Source: an uncultured Gemmatimonadales bacterium
GTDB taxonomy: Bacteria > Gemmatimonadota > Gemmatimonadetes > Gemmatimonadales > Gemmatimonadaceae
Assembly (NCBI GenBank): GCA_963793305.1
Contig: CAWBZV010000003.1
Span: 1,344,001 to 1,408,000 of the forward strand
Direction: 5' to 3'
Length of the DNA stretch: 64,000 nucleotides
Shown one piece after another: positions 41,685-50,774 of the stretch. Each line of letters begins with the position of its first letter. The first letter of the stretch is position 1. The notes under the pieces are model-generated. The model saw nothing but the letters and a program-made list of their open reading frames with translations, was not told the origin of the DNA and ran no database searches. Both the position numbers and the translations under genes were made by a program.

Positions 41685-43227
41685 GGGATGACAGGTCTCG
41701 ACATCCGGGATGCACCGTGTCCGGGACGGCGTCGACGGGAAACGTCGCGGCCTGGGCCGACGCGAGTCGCATCGTGTCGCTCAGATTGTACAAGTCCGCG
41801 CTCACCGGGGTGAACTCGTACCCCGGCATCACGATCGAATCCGTGCGGACCCCGATGGTGCCGAGATAGCGGCCGATGGTTCGGCGCGCCCACGTGTACG
41901 GCGGAGGGCCAGAGGTCAGTACCCAGAGGCGTGGTGCGCCACGGAACCGATCGATATCCGCGATAAACTGCCGCGTGTCTTTCCGGTCGCAGATCCCAAC
42001 GTAGTAGGCCCCGGCCGCGAGCCCATACCGGGGTCCGTAGAAATCTGCCGCTTCGGACGTGGTCGAGAACACGTACACCGAGTCACCCGGTTGCCGATGC
42101 GCTTGGAAGAACGCGAACATGGGCTTGTACGACTCGATCACGTACGGGGGTCGTTTCGTCACGATCGTATACAGCGGCGCTAGCAGCAGCGCCGCCATGA
42201 CGACCGGTGGCCTGACCCAGGCGATCGCTGCCGCGAGCGCCATGAGGACGCTCGGCAAAAGGAACAGCACAACCCGGGTGTGAAACGGGTATTGCTGCGC
42301 GACCGCGGCGGCCAGCGTCATCACGAACGGCCCGGCAAGGATGAGCGCGAGCGAGCGGCGCTGGCGCCAGAGCACGACGACGCCGAGGACCGTGAGTACC
42401 GAGTAGAACAGGGGCAACGGGTACTCGAGCATCCACCGCTCGCCAAAAAGTTGCGTCATCCGAGTCCACATCCACGCGATGCCAGTTGTGGGGCGCGGCG
42501 GCAGTGGAAGAAAGCCATGGCGCACCCCCCAGAATCCCTGCATGAACGCCAGCGTGGCTGGTGCCGTGTAGTGCCGGGCGAGGACGAGTCCCGCGATCGA
42601 TGCGAGCGCCCAGAGTGCGACGGTGATGAGCACCGGCCCCCGCCGCGTGATGAGCAGGGCGGCGCCGAGGCCGGCCATGACCAAAATCGCGGCTTGCGAG
42701 AACACAATGACCACGAACCCCGCCATCCCCGCGATGACGCATCGACGGGTCGTGGGCCGATCGACGAGATCCAGCGCCACGAGCATGAGCGCCACCGTGA
42801 TCAGCACGTCCATGCCATACTGTTTGAGCTCGGTGCTGTAGCGGATCAACGGAGGCGCGAGCGCGAAGAGCGCGACGCTGATCGTCGCCGCCGTGCCATC
42901 GAGCGCCCGTACGGCGAGGCGCCGGAAGAGCAACAGCCCGGCGATCCCACAGAGGAACGGAACCAATCGCAGCGCGAAGTCGCTCGTCCCGAAAGTCAGC
43001 GTCGCGATCTTCAAGGCCGCAATGAATCCCACCGGCGCGACCTGCGTATACAGGAGCGGTCCGGTCACCAGCTGGCGCAGCGAGAGCTGCGTCAGGTTGC
43101 GGGCGATCGATAACTCGTCGTACCACAGTGATGGGTTGGCGGCGTACTGCCAGACACGTAGGACTAGGCCCACAGCGACGAGTGCCGTCAGGGCGTTCTC
43201 TTGTGTGACTCGGTATCTGACACGCAT
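41668..43227 (-). CDS. GT-C/PMT (family 39-like) membrane glycosyltransferase
   Basis: SLWYDE, ALRL, YSTELKQY, many TM segments. Confidence 0.75.
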   Translation of the reverse strand: MRVRYRVTQENALTALVAVGLVLRVWQYAANPSLWYDELSIARNLTQLSLRQLVTGPLLYTQVAPVGFIAALKIATLTFGTSDFALRLVPFLCGIAGLLLFRRLAVRALDGTAATISVALFALAPPLIRYSTELKQYGMDVLITVALMLVALDLVDRPTTRRCVIAGMAGFVVIVFSQAAILVMAGLGAALLITRRGPVLITVALWALASIAGLVLARHYTAPATLAFMQGFWGVRHGFLPLPPRPTTGIAWMWTRMTQLFGERWMLEYPLPLFYSVLTVLGVVVLWRQRRSLALILAGPFVMTLAAAVAQQYPFHTRVVLFLLPSVLMALAAAIAWVRPPVVMAALLLAPLYTIVTKRPPYVIESYKPMFAFFQAHRQPGDSVYVFSTTSEAADFYGPRYGLAAGAYYVGICDRKDTRQFIADIDRFRGAPRLWVLTSGPPPYTWARRTIGRYLGTIGVRTDSIVMPGYEFTPVSADLYNLSDTMRLASAQAATFPVDAVPDTVHPGCRDLSSRDRHP

Positions 43228-43419
43228 GGGAGCCTCCATCGATGACGCGCTGATATCATCGGGGGTCCGAGGGGCGTAGTTGGGGATTGCCCCCCGGAGG
43301 CGAACCGACCAGTCGAGCGGCGCGCTAGCGCTGCATCGACGAGCCGCGGAGCGGCGCCCATACCATCCTCCTACCGCCTGTGTAATCCTTGTGACAGTTT
43401 AGTCCGCTACCCTACCACG

Positions 43420-44628
43420 ATGACGGTTCGTATTTCCCCATGGACCTGGTTAGCCGCTCTGGCGGCTGGACATACAGTGTTTGGACAGGTGCCGCAACCC
43501 CTGACGCTGCGCGAGGCCGTCGATTCCGCCGTCGCGCGCGGCACCAGGGTCGCTTTGGCGCGTGCCGACTCGGCCACGGCACGGGCCGGGCTCACGGCCG
43601 CGCGGGAATGGCCCAATCCCACGTTGACGCTGCAGTACACGCGGGATGAGCCGCACTACCACGGATTCATCGAGTTTCCGATCGACTACCCGTGGCTTCG
43701 CTCGGCGCGGATTCACAGCGCGTCGCTCGCCACGCGCTCGGCTGGCTATCGATTCGCGTTCGAACGCGCGGCGGCGCGGTTCGACGCCGAGACGACATAT
43801 GTTCGCGCCCAAATCGCGCAAGAGCACGCGCGGCTGTCGCACGTCAACGGAGTGTACGCCGACAGCCTGCTCCGTCTGGCGCACATTCGCCGCGAAGCGG
43901 GCGACGCGAGCGATTTGGATGTCGAGCTCGCCACCGTGACCGCCGGGCAGGCCGCGAACGCCTCGGCGGCCGATTCGTTAGCCGCGATCGGCGCGGTGCT
44001 CGATCTGCAAGCACTGCTCGGTATGGCCTCGGATAGCATACGAGTCACGCTCGCAGACTCCCTATCATTCCCCGGACCGGTGAGCGGCGATACGACCGTC
44101 GGCCGGACGCTGCAGGTCGCGGCAGCCGAGGAGACGCTGGGCTCCGAACAATCGGCGCTGAGCGTGGCGAAGCGAGCGGCATTCTCGACGCCATCTATTT
44201 CTCTCGGTGTCGAAGGTGGCGACCCCACGCAGCCGTATCCGTTACCGGCTGCCACCGTGATCTTCCCATTCCCGCTGTTCAACCAGAACGGCGGCCAGGT
44301 CGCGACCGAGGCCGCGAACGTATCGCGGGCCCAAGCCGAGCTAGCCCGTGCACGCCGAGAAAGCGCGGCGGCGATCGCGGCAGCCCGACGAGAGCTCGCG
44401 GCCGCGATCGTTCGTGCCCAACGCGACCGCTCGCTGCTCGAATCCGCATCGCGCGTCGCCGCGATGTCCCTCACCGCGTTCGCCGAGGGCGCCCAGGCCT
44501 TGCCAGCCGTGCTCGAAGCCCGCAAGAGCGCCCGCGACGCGCTCGTCCAATACGTCGACAATGTCGGCGCCGCCGCTGCCGCGGCCGCCGCCGTTCGACT
44601 GTTCACGTCGAAAGTAGGCGACCAATGA
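43420..44628 (+). CDS. TolC/CzcC-family outer membrane efflux protein
   Basis: LTLREAV, WPNPTL, PLFNQNGG. Confidence 0.85.
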   Translation: MTVRISPWTWLAALAAGHTVFGQVPQPLTLREAVDSAVARGTRVALARADSATARAGLTAAREWPNPTLTLQYTRDEPHYHGFIEFPIDYPWLRSARIHSASLATRSAGYRFAFERAAARFDAETTYVRAQIAQEHARLSHVNGVYADSLLRLAHIRREAGDASDLDVELATVTAGQAANASAADSLAAIGAVLDLQALLGMASDSIRVTLADSLSFPGPVSGDTTVGRTLQVAAAEETLGSEQSALSVAKRAAFSTPSISLGVEGGDPTQPYPLPAATVIFPFPLFNQNGGQVATEAANVSRAQAELARARRESAAAIAAARRELAAAIVRAQRDRSLLESASRVAAMSLTAFAEGAQALPAVLEARKSARDALVQYVDNVGAAAAAAAAVRLFTSKVGDQ

Positions 44629-45716
44629 CTCGTCGGATAATTATTCTCACCGCTGTTCTCGCCGTGGCGTGCAAAGGTGGTGAGGCGAAAAAAGACGACG
44701 TGGAGCCAGTCGTCAACGCGCAGACCGCGACGGCGGTCCAGCAGTCGTTCACGGAAACGGTGACCGCGATCGGCACCGTCACGCCGCGGCCTGGACACTA
44801 TGCCGAGCTAGCAGCTCCGGCGCCGACGCGCGTCGCGCACATTTTCGTTTCCCCAGGCGATGTCGTTCACGAGGGCGACCCGCTGGTCGAGTTCGAGCGC
44901 GCCCCGTTCGACGCCGCGGCCCAGAGCGCGCGCACCGCGCTCGACAACGCCGAGCACGCGGCGCAGCGTGCCGAACGCTTGGCCACGGCCGGAATCATGG
45001 CGCGCAAAGATGCCGACCAGGCGGAGGCCGACCTCGCGCAAGCAAAGGCCAACGCGGTGACCGCCGAACGCGCCCAGCAGCTCGCGACGTTGCGCTCGCC
45101 GATCTCGGGCACGGTCACCCGCATGACCGCGATCCTCGGCGCGTCAGCGGATCCCTCCCAGCCCGTGGTCGCGGTCGCCGACCCGGGCATGCTCGACATC
45201 GTGTTCAGCCTCTCCCCCAGCGATGGCGCCGCGGTCCGCACCGGCTCCTCGATCGTGCTCACCTCCGGCCGCACGAGCGATGGCGAGTCCTTGGGCCAGG
45301 GACAAGTCGCGTCGATCGGCGCGACGGTCGACTCGGCATCGCGCGGCGTCCTCGTCCGAGCGCGGTTGACGCATCCGTCGCGCGCATTGCGTATCGGCGA
45401 GACCGTGTTCGGTCGTATTGCCGTTGCCGTGCATCCGCACGCGGTCGTGATCCCGGTCCAAGCGTTGGTCCCGGATGGCGACGGGCTCAAAGTCTTCGTC
45501 GTGGCGGGCGGCCAGGGGCTCGCCCGACGCGTCACGGTCGGCGGCCGCACCGAGACGGACGCCGAGATCACCGATGGCCTCAAGGCCGGTGAGATCGTCG
45601 TGACCGTCGGCGCGTACGGCATGGAGGACAGCGCCAAAGTGGTGCCGCTCCGTCAACAAGTCGCCCCGGCCGAGGCGCCGGGGGATAGCGACCAGAAGGG
45701 CGCCGAGCGGTCATGA
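44625..45716 (+). CDS. RND efflux periplasmic adaptor (MFP), lipoprotein
   Basis: Lipobox AVAC, LRSPISG, GLKAGE. Confidence 0.88.
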   Translation: MTRRIIILTAVLAVACKGGEAKKDDVEPVVNAQTATAVQQSFTETVTAIGTVTPRPGHYAELAAPAPTRVAHIFVSPGDVVHEGDPLVEFERAPFDAAAQSARTALDNAEHAAQRAERLATAGIMARKDADQAEADLAQAKANAVTAERAQQLATLRSPISGTVTRMTAILGASADPSQPVVAVADPGMLDIVFSLSPSDGAAVRTGSSIVLTSGRTSDGESLGQGQVASIGATVDSASRGVLVRARLTHPSRALRIGETVFGRIAVAVHPHAVVIPVQALVPDGDGLKVFVVAGGQGLARRVTVGGRTETDAEITDGLKAGEIVVTVGAYGMEDSAKVVPLRQQVAPAEAPGDSDQKGAERS

Positions 45717-48700
45717 AGCTCTACGACCTGATTGGCGCGCAACGTCGATTTGTCTACCTCGTCATCGCCATCGTCAGCGCGGCGGGCATCTGGGCGGGAT
45801 TTCAACTGCCCTCGGCCATCTACCCCGAACTGACCTTTCCCCGGATCACGATCGTCGCGCAAGGCTCGGCCCTCGGCGCGCGGCAGGTCGTCTTCGCGAT
45901 CACGCGCCCGATCGAGGAAGCGATCAGCATTGTCCCGGGCGTCCAGCGCGTCCGGTCGAAGTCGATCCGCGGCGCGTCGCAAATCGACATCTCGTTCGCG
46001 CCGAACACCGACATGGTGTATGCCCTGCAGCTCGTGCAGACGCGCGTCAACGAGATTCGCGGGACGCTCCCGTCGGAGCTGGAGATCGAGATCGAGCGTC
46101 TGACGCCGTCCGTCTTTCCGATCTTGTCATACAATCTGATCGGCGGCGACGCCGCGACGCTCTACGACATTGCGCGCTATCAGATCCGCCCCGTGTTTTC
46201 GCGCGTGCCGGGCGTTGGGCGCGTGGACGTGCAGGGAACCGATGTGCGCGAGATCGAGGTGATCGTCGACCCCGCGCGACTCTCGGCGCAATCGATCTCC
46301 TACGATGACGTCGCCACCGCGATCAAGCAAGCGACGTCAGTCGACGCCGTGGGCCGGGTCGCCGAGGACTATCAGCAGTTCTTGCTCGTGACCGATCAGG
46401 AAGCCCACACGGTCGAAGACATCGAGAACGTCGTCGTGCCCACGCCGTCGGGGGCGAACGTCCGAGTCAGCGACCTGGGCTCGGTGTCGCTCGGCACCGA
46501 GGACCATACGCGCATTATCGCCGGAGACGGCCGGCCAGCCGCGACGCTCAATATCACGCGCCAGATCGGCGGCAACACGGTCGCGATCGCCGATAGCGTC
46601 GCGGGGTTGGTCAAGACGATCACGCACACGCTCCCGCCCGGCGTGCGCATCGAGCCGGTGTACGACCAGGCGACGCTGGTCAAGGACGCCGTGACGTTGG
46701 TGCGCGATGCCATGTTGATCGGAGCGGTGCTGGCGATCATCGTGCTGCTCCTGTTCCTTCGCGACGGCGTGATCACGGCCATCAGCGCCACGTCGATCCC
46801 CTTGACGCTCGCGATTACGGTCTTCGTCATGTCGCTCGTGGGGCAGACGTTCAACCTGATGACGCTGGGCGCCATGGCCATCGCGATCGGACTCGTGATC
46901 GATGATGCCGTGGTCGTGACCGAGAACATTGCCCGTCACTTGGCTCTCGCGCCGGACGACCGTCCCCGCGCGATCCGCGAGGCCGTGCAGGAGCTCATCT
47001 GGCCGGTCACGACATCGACGATCACGACCGTCGTCGTCTTCCTGCCGCTCGGACTTCTCCAGGGCGTTGTCGGCCAATTTTTCATCGCGCTATCGGTGAC
47101 CTTGACGATCGCGGTGCTCGTCTCGCTCGTCCTGGCGCTCACGATCATCCCGCTCCTCTCCGCACAGTTCGTCAAGCACCGCGAGCACGTCGCCAAGGTC
47201 GACTGGTTGGCCGACCGGTACGAGCGCACGCTGTCGACCGTGCTGCGGCACCCGAGCTGGGTCATCACCGCCGCCGTCGTCCTCGTCGCCCTCGGCGTCG
47301 TCGCCCAGCAGCGCGTCGGGACCGGCTTCCTCCCCGAGATGGACGAGGGGGCGTACGTGTTCGACTACTTCACCCCCGGCGGAACGGCGCTGAGCGAGAC
47401 GGATAGGGAAGTACGGATCGCCGAGCGCATCATGGCGGCCGAGCCCGAGGTCGCGGCGACGTTGCGGCGCACGGGCGCCGAGCTGGGTGTATACGCCACC
47501 CAGCAGAACTCGGGCGATCTCGTGGCCCGCCTCGTCCCGCGTTCCCAGCGCGATCGGTCGGTCGATGAGGTCATCGACGACGTGCGAGCGAAAGTCCAGC
47601 GCGCCGTCCCACGACTGCACATTGATTTCGTGCAGATCCTCTCCGACGTGATCAACGACCTGGCGGGCGCGGCCCGGCCGATCGAGATCAAGTTGTTCGG
47701 TGAGCAGTTGGAGGCGGTCGAGGCGTACGCCAAGTCGCTCGAGCCCGATATGACGAAAGTGGATGGCCTCGAGGACTTCTACAACGGTGTCAGCGAGCCG
47801 TCACCCGAGCTCATGCTGCGCATCAGCGGGGCCGAGGCGAACCGCATCGGCATGACGCCGCAGCAAGTCGGCGCCGACGTCTCTGGCTCCATCCTCGGCG
47901 TCGTCGGCGGCGAGATTCGCACGGAGGACCGCGCCATTGCGGTCCGCGTGCGCGCGCCGGACACCGTGCGATTCGACCCGCTCCGGCTCGGATCGCTCCC
48001 GATCATCGGCCCTGGTCACAAACCGACGCCACTGTCCTCGCTGGCGTCGATCACGCCGCAGATCACGCGGGCCGAGCTCGATCGCGAGAATCAGCAGCAG
48101 ATGATCGCGATGACGGCGGATATCTCCGGTCGCTCCCTGGGCGCCATTAACGCCGACGTCAAACGGGTGTTGGCCGCCCATCCACCGCCGCCAGGCATTC
48201 GGGTAGAAATCGGCGGTCAGTATGCCGGGCAACAGCAAGCATTCCGCGCGCTGCTGATCGTATTGGCCCTCGCGGCGGTCAGCGTGATCGGCGTGATGCT
48301 CGTCCAATTCGAGTCGTTCATCGAGCCACTCGTGATCGTCTCGGCCGCCCCGATCTCATTTGTCGGCGCGCTTGCCTTGTTGACCATCACGGGCACCCCT
48401 CTGAACGTATCGTCGTTCATGGGCTTGATCCTGCTGGTAGGCCTGATCGTCAAAAATGGCATTATCCTGCTCGACTTCACAAAGCTCCGCATGGAACGCG
48501 AGGGCGTCCCATTGGAGACCGCGGTTCGAGAAGCCGCGCGCACGAGATTGCGTCCGATTCTCATGACGACCCTGTGCACGCTGTTTGGCCTGCTGCCCTT
48601 GGCGCTTGGCCTGGGCGCGGGCAGCGAGCTCCAGCGGCCGCTGGCGTTGGCCGTCATTGGCGGCCTCGCCCTGTCGACGCCGATTACGCTATTCGTTGTC

Positions 48701-48760
48701 CCGACCGTGCTGGTCGCCGTACGGGGACGCGACTTCAGAAAACTTGCCTCCGGCGCATAA
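45713..48760 (+). CDS. RND efflux permease (CusA/CzcA-like)
   Basis: GLVIDDAVVVTEN, GFLPEMDEG, RRTGAELG, VKNGIIL, RLRPILMT. Confidence 0.9.
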   Translation: MKLYDLIGAQRRFVYLVIAIVSAAGIWAGFQLPSAIYPELTFPRITIVAQGSALGARQVVFAITRPIEEAISIVPGVQRVRSKSIRGASQIDISFAPNTDMVYALQLVQTRVNEIRGTLPSELEIEIERLTPSVFPILSYNLIGGDAATLYDIARYQIRPVFSRVPGVGRVDVQGTDVREIEVIVDPARLSAQSISYDDVATAIKQATSVDAVGRVAEDYQQFLLVTDQEAHTVEDIENVVVPTPSGANVRVSDLGSVSLGTEDHTRIIAGDGRPAATLNITRQIGGNTVAIADSVAGLVKTITHTLPPGVRIEPVYDQATLVKDAVTLVRDAMLIGAVLAIIVLLLFLRDGVITAISATSIPLTLAITVFVMSLVGQTFNLMTLGAMAIAIGLVIDDAVVVTENIARHLALAPDDRPRAIREAVQELIWPVTTSTITTVVVFLPLGLLQGVVGQFFIALSVTLTIAVLVSLVLALTIIPLLSAQFVKHREHVAKVDWLADRYERTLSTVLRHPSWVITAAVVLVALGVVAQQRVGTGFLPEMDEGAYVFDYFTPGGTALSETDREVRIAERIMAAEPEVAATLRRTGAELGVYATQQNSGDLVARLVPRSQRDRSVDEVIDDVRAKVQRAVPRLHIDFVQILSDVINDLAGAARPIEIKLFGEQLEAVEAYAKSLEPDMTKVDGLEDFYNGVSEPSPELMLRISGAEANRIGMTPQQVGADVSGSILGVVGGEIRTEDRAIAVRVRAPDTVRFDPLRLGSLPIIGPGHKPTPLSSLASITPQITRAELDRENQQQMIAMTADISGRSLGAINADVKRVLAAHPPPPGIRVEIGGQYAGQQQAFRALLIVLALAAVSVIGVMLVQFESFIEPLVIVSAAPISFVGALALLTITGTPLNVSSFMGLILLVGLIVKNGIILLDFTKLRMEREGVPLETAVREAARTRLRPILMTTLCTLFGLLPLALGLGAGSELQRPLALAVIGGLALSTPITLFVVPTVLVAVRGRDFRKLASGA

Positions 48761-48841
48761 TCTCGGCGCCGAGCGAATAGCACGCCTTCAACCTGACGTC
48801 GCGAGTGGTGTCGCATTGCCGCGACACACTGTTACAAAATT

Positions 48842-48876
48842 TGGCACGCTGAGGAATGGCGTGGCACGCTGAGGAA
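48842..48876 (+). repeat. Perfect 15-bp direct repeat TGGCACGCTGAGGAA x2 (20-bp period)
   Basis: Copies at 48842-48856 and 48862-48876. Confidence 0.9.
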
Positions 48877-48973
48877 CTGTGGCTCTGCGCTAGTTCGTGT
48901 TAGCGTTCTGTCCGCTCGGCGTTAGGCTCTGCGAACGTCGACTAGTGGATTCGAGCCAGTGCTGGGAGGGGCC

Positions 48974-49975
48974 GTGAGTGAGCGGATCGATGAGTTGCTT
49001 CTAGGCAGCTCTTCTCAGATGTGCGAGGTCCGGCGACTCGTGGCTCGATTCGGCCCAACACCGTTGTCTGTGCTCGTGACCGGGCCGACTGGAGCAGGCA
49101 AGGGGCTCGTGGCGCAGGCCCTCCACGTATCGAGCCGACGCAGGGGCCGTTACGTTGTCGCCAATGTTGCCGCGTTCGGTGATGGCTTAGTCGAGACTGA
49201 ACTCTTCGGCCATGTGCGAGGCGCGTTCACCGGTGCCGCGGGATCACGGCACGGTTTGGTGCAGCACGCAGATCACGGTACGCTGTTTCTCGACGAGATT
49301 CACCGACTGTCGGCAACGGCTCAGCCTAAACTCTTACGCGTGCTCGACACACAACTCGTCCGTCCCGTCGGGTCCGATACTGAAGTCCGATCGGACGTTC
49401 GCGTCGTGGCGGCCGCGAACGAGGATCTGGAAACCATGGTCGACGCTGGTCGGTTCCAGGGGGATCTATTGGCGCGACTGGCACGGCTCGTCATTCACGT
49501 TCCTCCCCTCATCAATCACATCCAAGATATTCCGCTCTTAGCGGAGCGGTTCGTAAATGGGTTGGAGGGTTTTAGTGGTTCGCGATTCACGCCGGCTGCG
49601 TTCGATGCACTGAAGGAGTACGATTGGCCGCGAAACGTGCGTGAGCTGCAGGTCGTTGTTGAGCGAGCCGCTATCCTTTGCGATCGTCCGTGGATCGATC
49701 GTGTGGATGTCGTCGCGGCGATTGGTGCAGGTCGCCCTGAATGCGCCCCTTCGCGTGCGCGGGACGCGAGGCCGCTCTCAGCGAAACCCGGCGAGGATCT
49801 CACAGCACGACGCGAGCGACGGCTGCTCGGCGCGCTCCAGGCGAGTGGTGGTCGAGTGCGAGTGGCGGCGACCGCGCTCGGCGTGAGCCGGAACACGGTG
49901 TACCGATGGATGTGCGAGCTGGGCATCGCTCCGCAGGAACGACGGAGCTCGCGATCCAACGGTAGTTCTGCTTAG
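48974..49975 (+). CDS. sigma54-dependent enhancer-binding protein (AAA+ plus HTH) lacking an N-terminal sensory domain
   Basis: Walker A GPTGAGK, ELFGHVRGAFTGA, LFLDEI, WPRNVREL, HTH LGVSRNTVYRW; GGAGGG before GTG 48974. Confidence 0.88.
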   Translation: MSERIDELLLGSSSQMCEVRRLVARFGPTPLSVLVTGPTGAGKGLVAQALHVSSRRRGRYVVANVAAFGDGLVETELFGHVRGAFTGAAGSRHGLVQHADHGTLFLDEIHRLSATAQPKLLRVLDTQLVRPVGSDTEVRSDVRVVAAANEDLETMVDAGRFQGDLLARLARLVIHVPPLINHIQDIPLLAERFVNGLEGFSGSRFTPAAFDALKEYDWPRNVRELQVVVERAAILCDRPWIDRVDVVAAIGAGRPECAPSRARDARPLSAKPGEDLTARRERRLLGALQASGGRVRVAATALGVSRNTVYRWMCELGIAPQERRSSRSNGSSA

Positions 49976-50085
49976 TCACGCTCCGTCACAAGTCCAACCG
50001 TGACTGACCGAGACTAGTAGAGACTAACGTGGCGGCCGCGCTGGACTAACTGCCCATGTGGCAAGCGGTTAGGTCGTCGGCGACA

Positions 50086-50102
50086 TTGGCGTCGCGCATG
50101 CA
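50086..50102 (+). promoter_or_regulatory. Candidate sigma54 (-24/-12) promoter
   Basis: TTGGCGTCGCGCATGCA = TGG-N10-GCA with exact spacing, downstream of the bEBP gene and upstream of the Rhs module. Confidence 0.65.
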
Positions 50103-50177
50103 ATGGGACAACGGACATTGAGGCTGGAGCTCTCCGTGTGAGAGTCCGGCACACGTTCCCTTGTCTTGGAGCGCCCG

Positions 50178-50684
50178 ATGTCCATCAACGTCCGCTCAAT
50201 GCGATTTCGTCGCATCCACCGCGCAATCGCCGTCTGCCTTGGCAGTGCCGTGGCGGGTGTTCTGCTCGCGGCTGCGCCACCGTCGGACGTCGAACGCGCC
50301 TCGAGCCCTGGTCAGCGTACGATGCCGCAGGTCGCGTGTACGGGAGGTACGACCTCGATAACGCCATGTGGCACATTGGCGGATACACTGGCGCCGTCGG
50401 CCAATGGCCAGCGCACGTTCAGCGTTACGAACGGATCCAGCACGGATCACACCTATACACCGAGTTGCACTGCAACGCTGCCCGTGGCGTCATGCAGTGT
50501 AGCCCCCTCCGTGCTCGTCGTCCCTGCGGGTGGCTCGGCATCGATAGCCGTGTCGTACACGGTTTCCAGTGCGACTGCGACTGACTCTGGGACGATTACC
50601 GTAGCCGTCGATGGCGGCGCGCCGGATCAGGTAAGCACCGCGATCGCCGTGGGCACTGCCGCGACCACGAGTACACCGCAGTGA
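50178..50684 (+). CDS. Small secreted Thr/Ser-rich Ig-like protein
   Basis: Basic-hydrophobic signal region; beta-rich body with Cys residues (SCTATLPVASCSVAP...GTITV); GGAG upstream. Confidence 0.65.
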   Translation: MSINVRSMRFRRIHRAIAVCLGSAVAGVLLAAAPPSDVERASSPGQRTMPQVACTGGTTSITPCGTLADTLAPSANGQRTFSVTNGSSTDHTYTPSCTATLPVASCSVAPSVLVVPAGGSASIAVSYTVSSATATDSGTITVAVDGGAPDQVSTAIAVGTAATTSTPQ

Positions 50685-50774
50685 AACTGCTCACCCGATA
50701 CGGCTGTCACGCCACGGCATTCGCAATCACCTCGCAGATCCCGATCGCACCATATCGCTTGATCCGGAGCGCTC

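Noticed and set aside
43240..43360. tRNA or known ncRNA in the hairpin-rich gap
   Set aside because: No cloverleaf, TTC loop or recognisable family motif
48761..48830. Attachment site or terminal repeat of the Rhs module
   Set aside because: Local palindromes exist (CTCGGCGCCGAG) but no matching copy near 55860-55903 and no recombinase
48842..48876. Direct repeat as a CRISPR array or functional sigma54 promoter
   Set aside because: Only two 15-bp copies with a 5-bp gap and no cas genes; no GC at the -12 position
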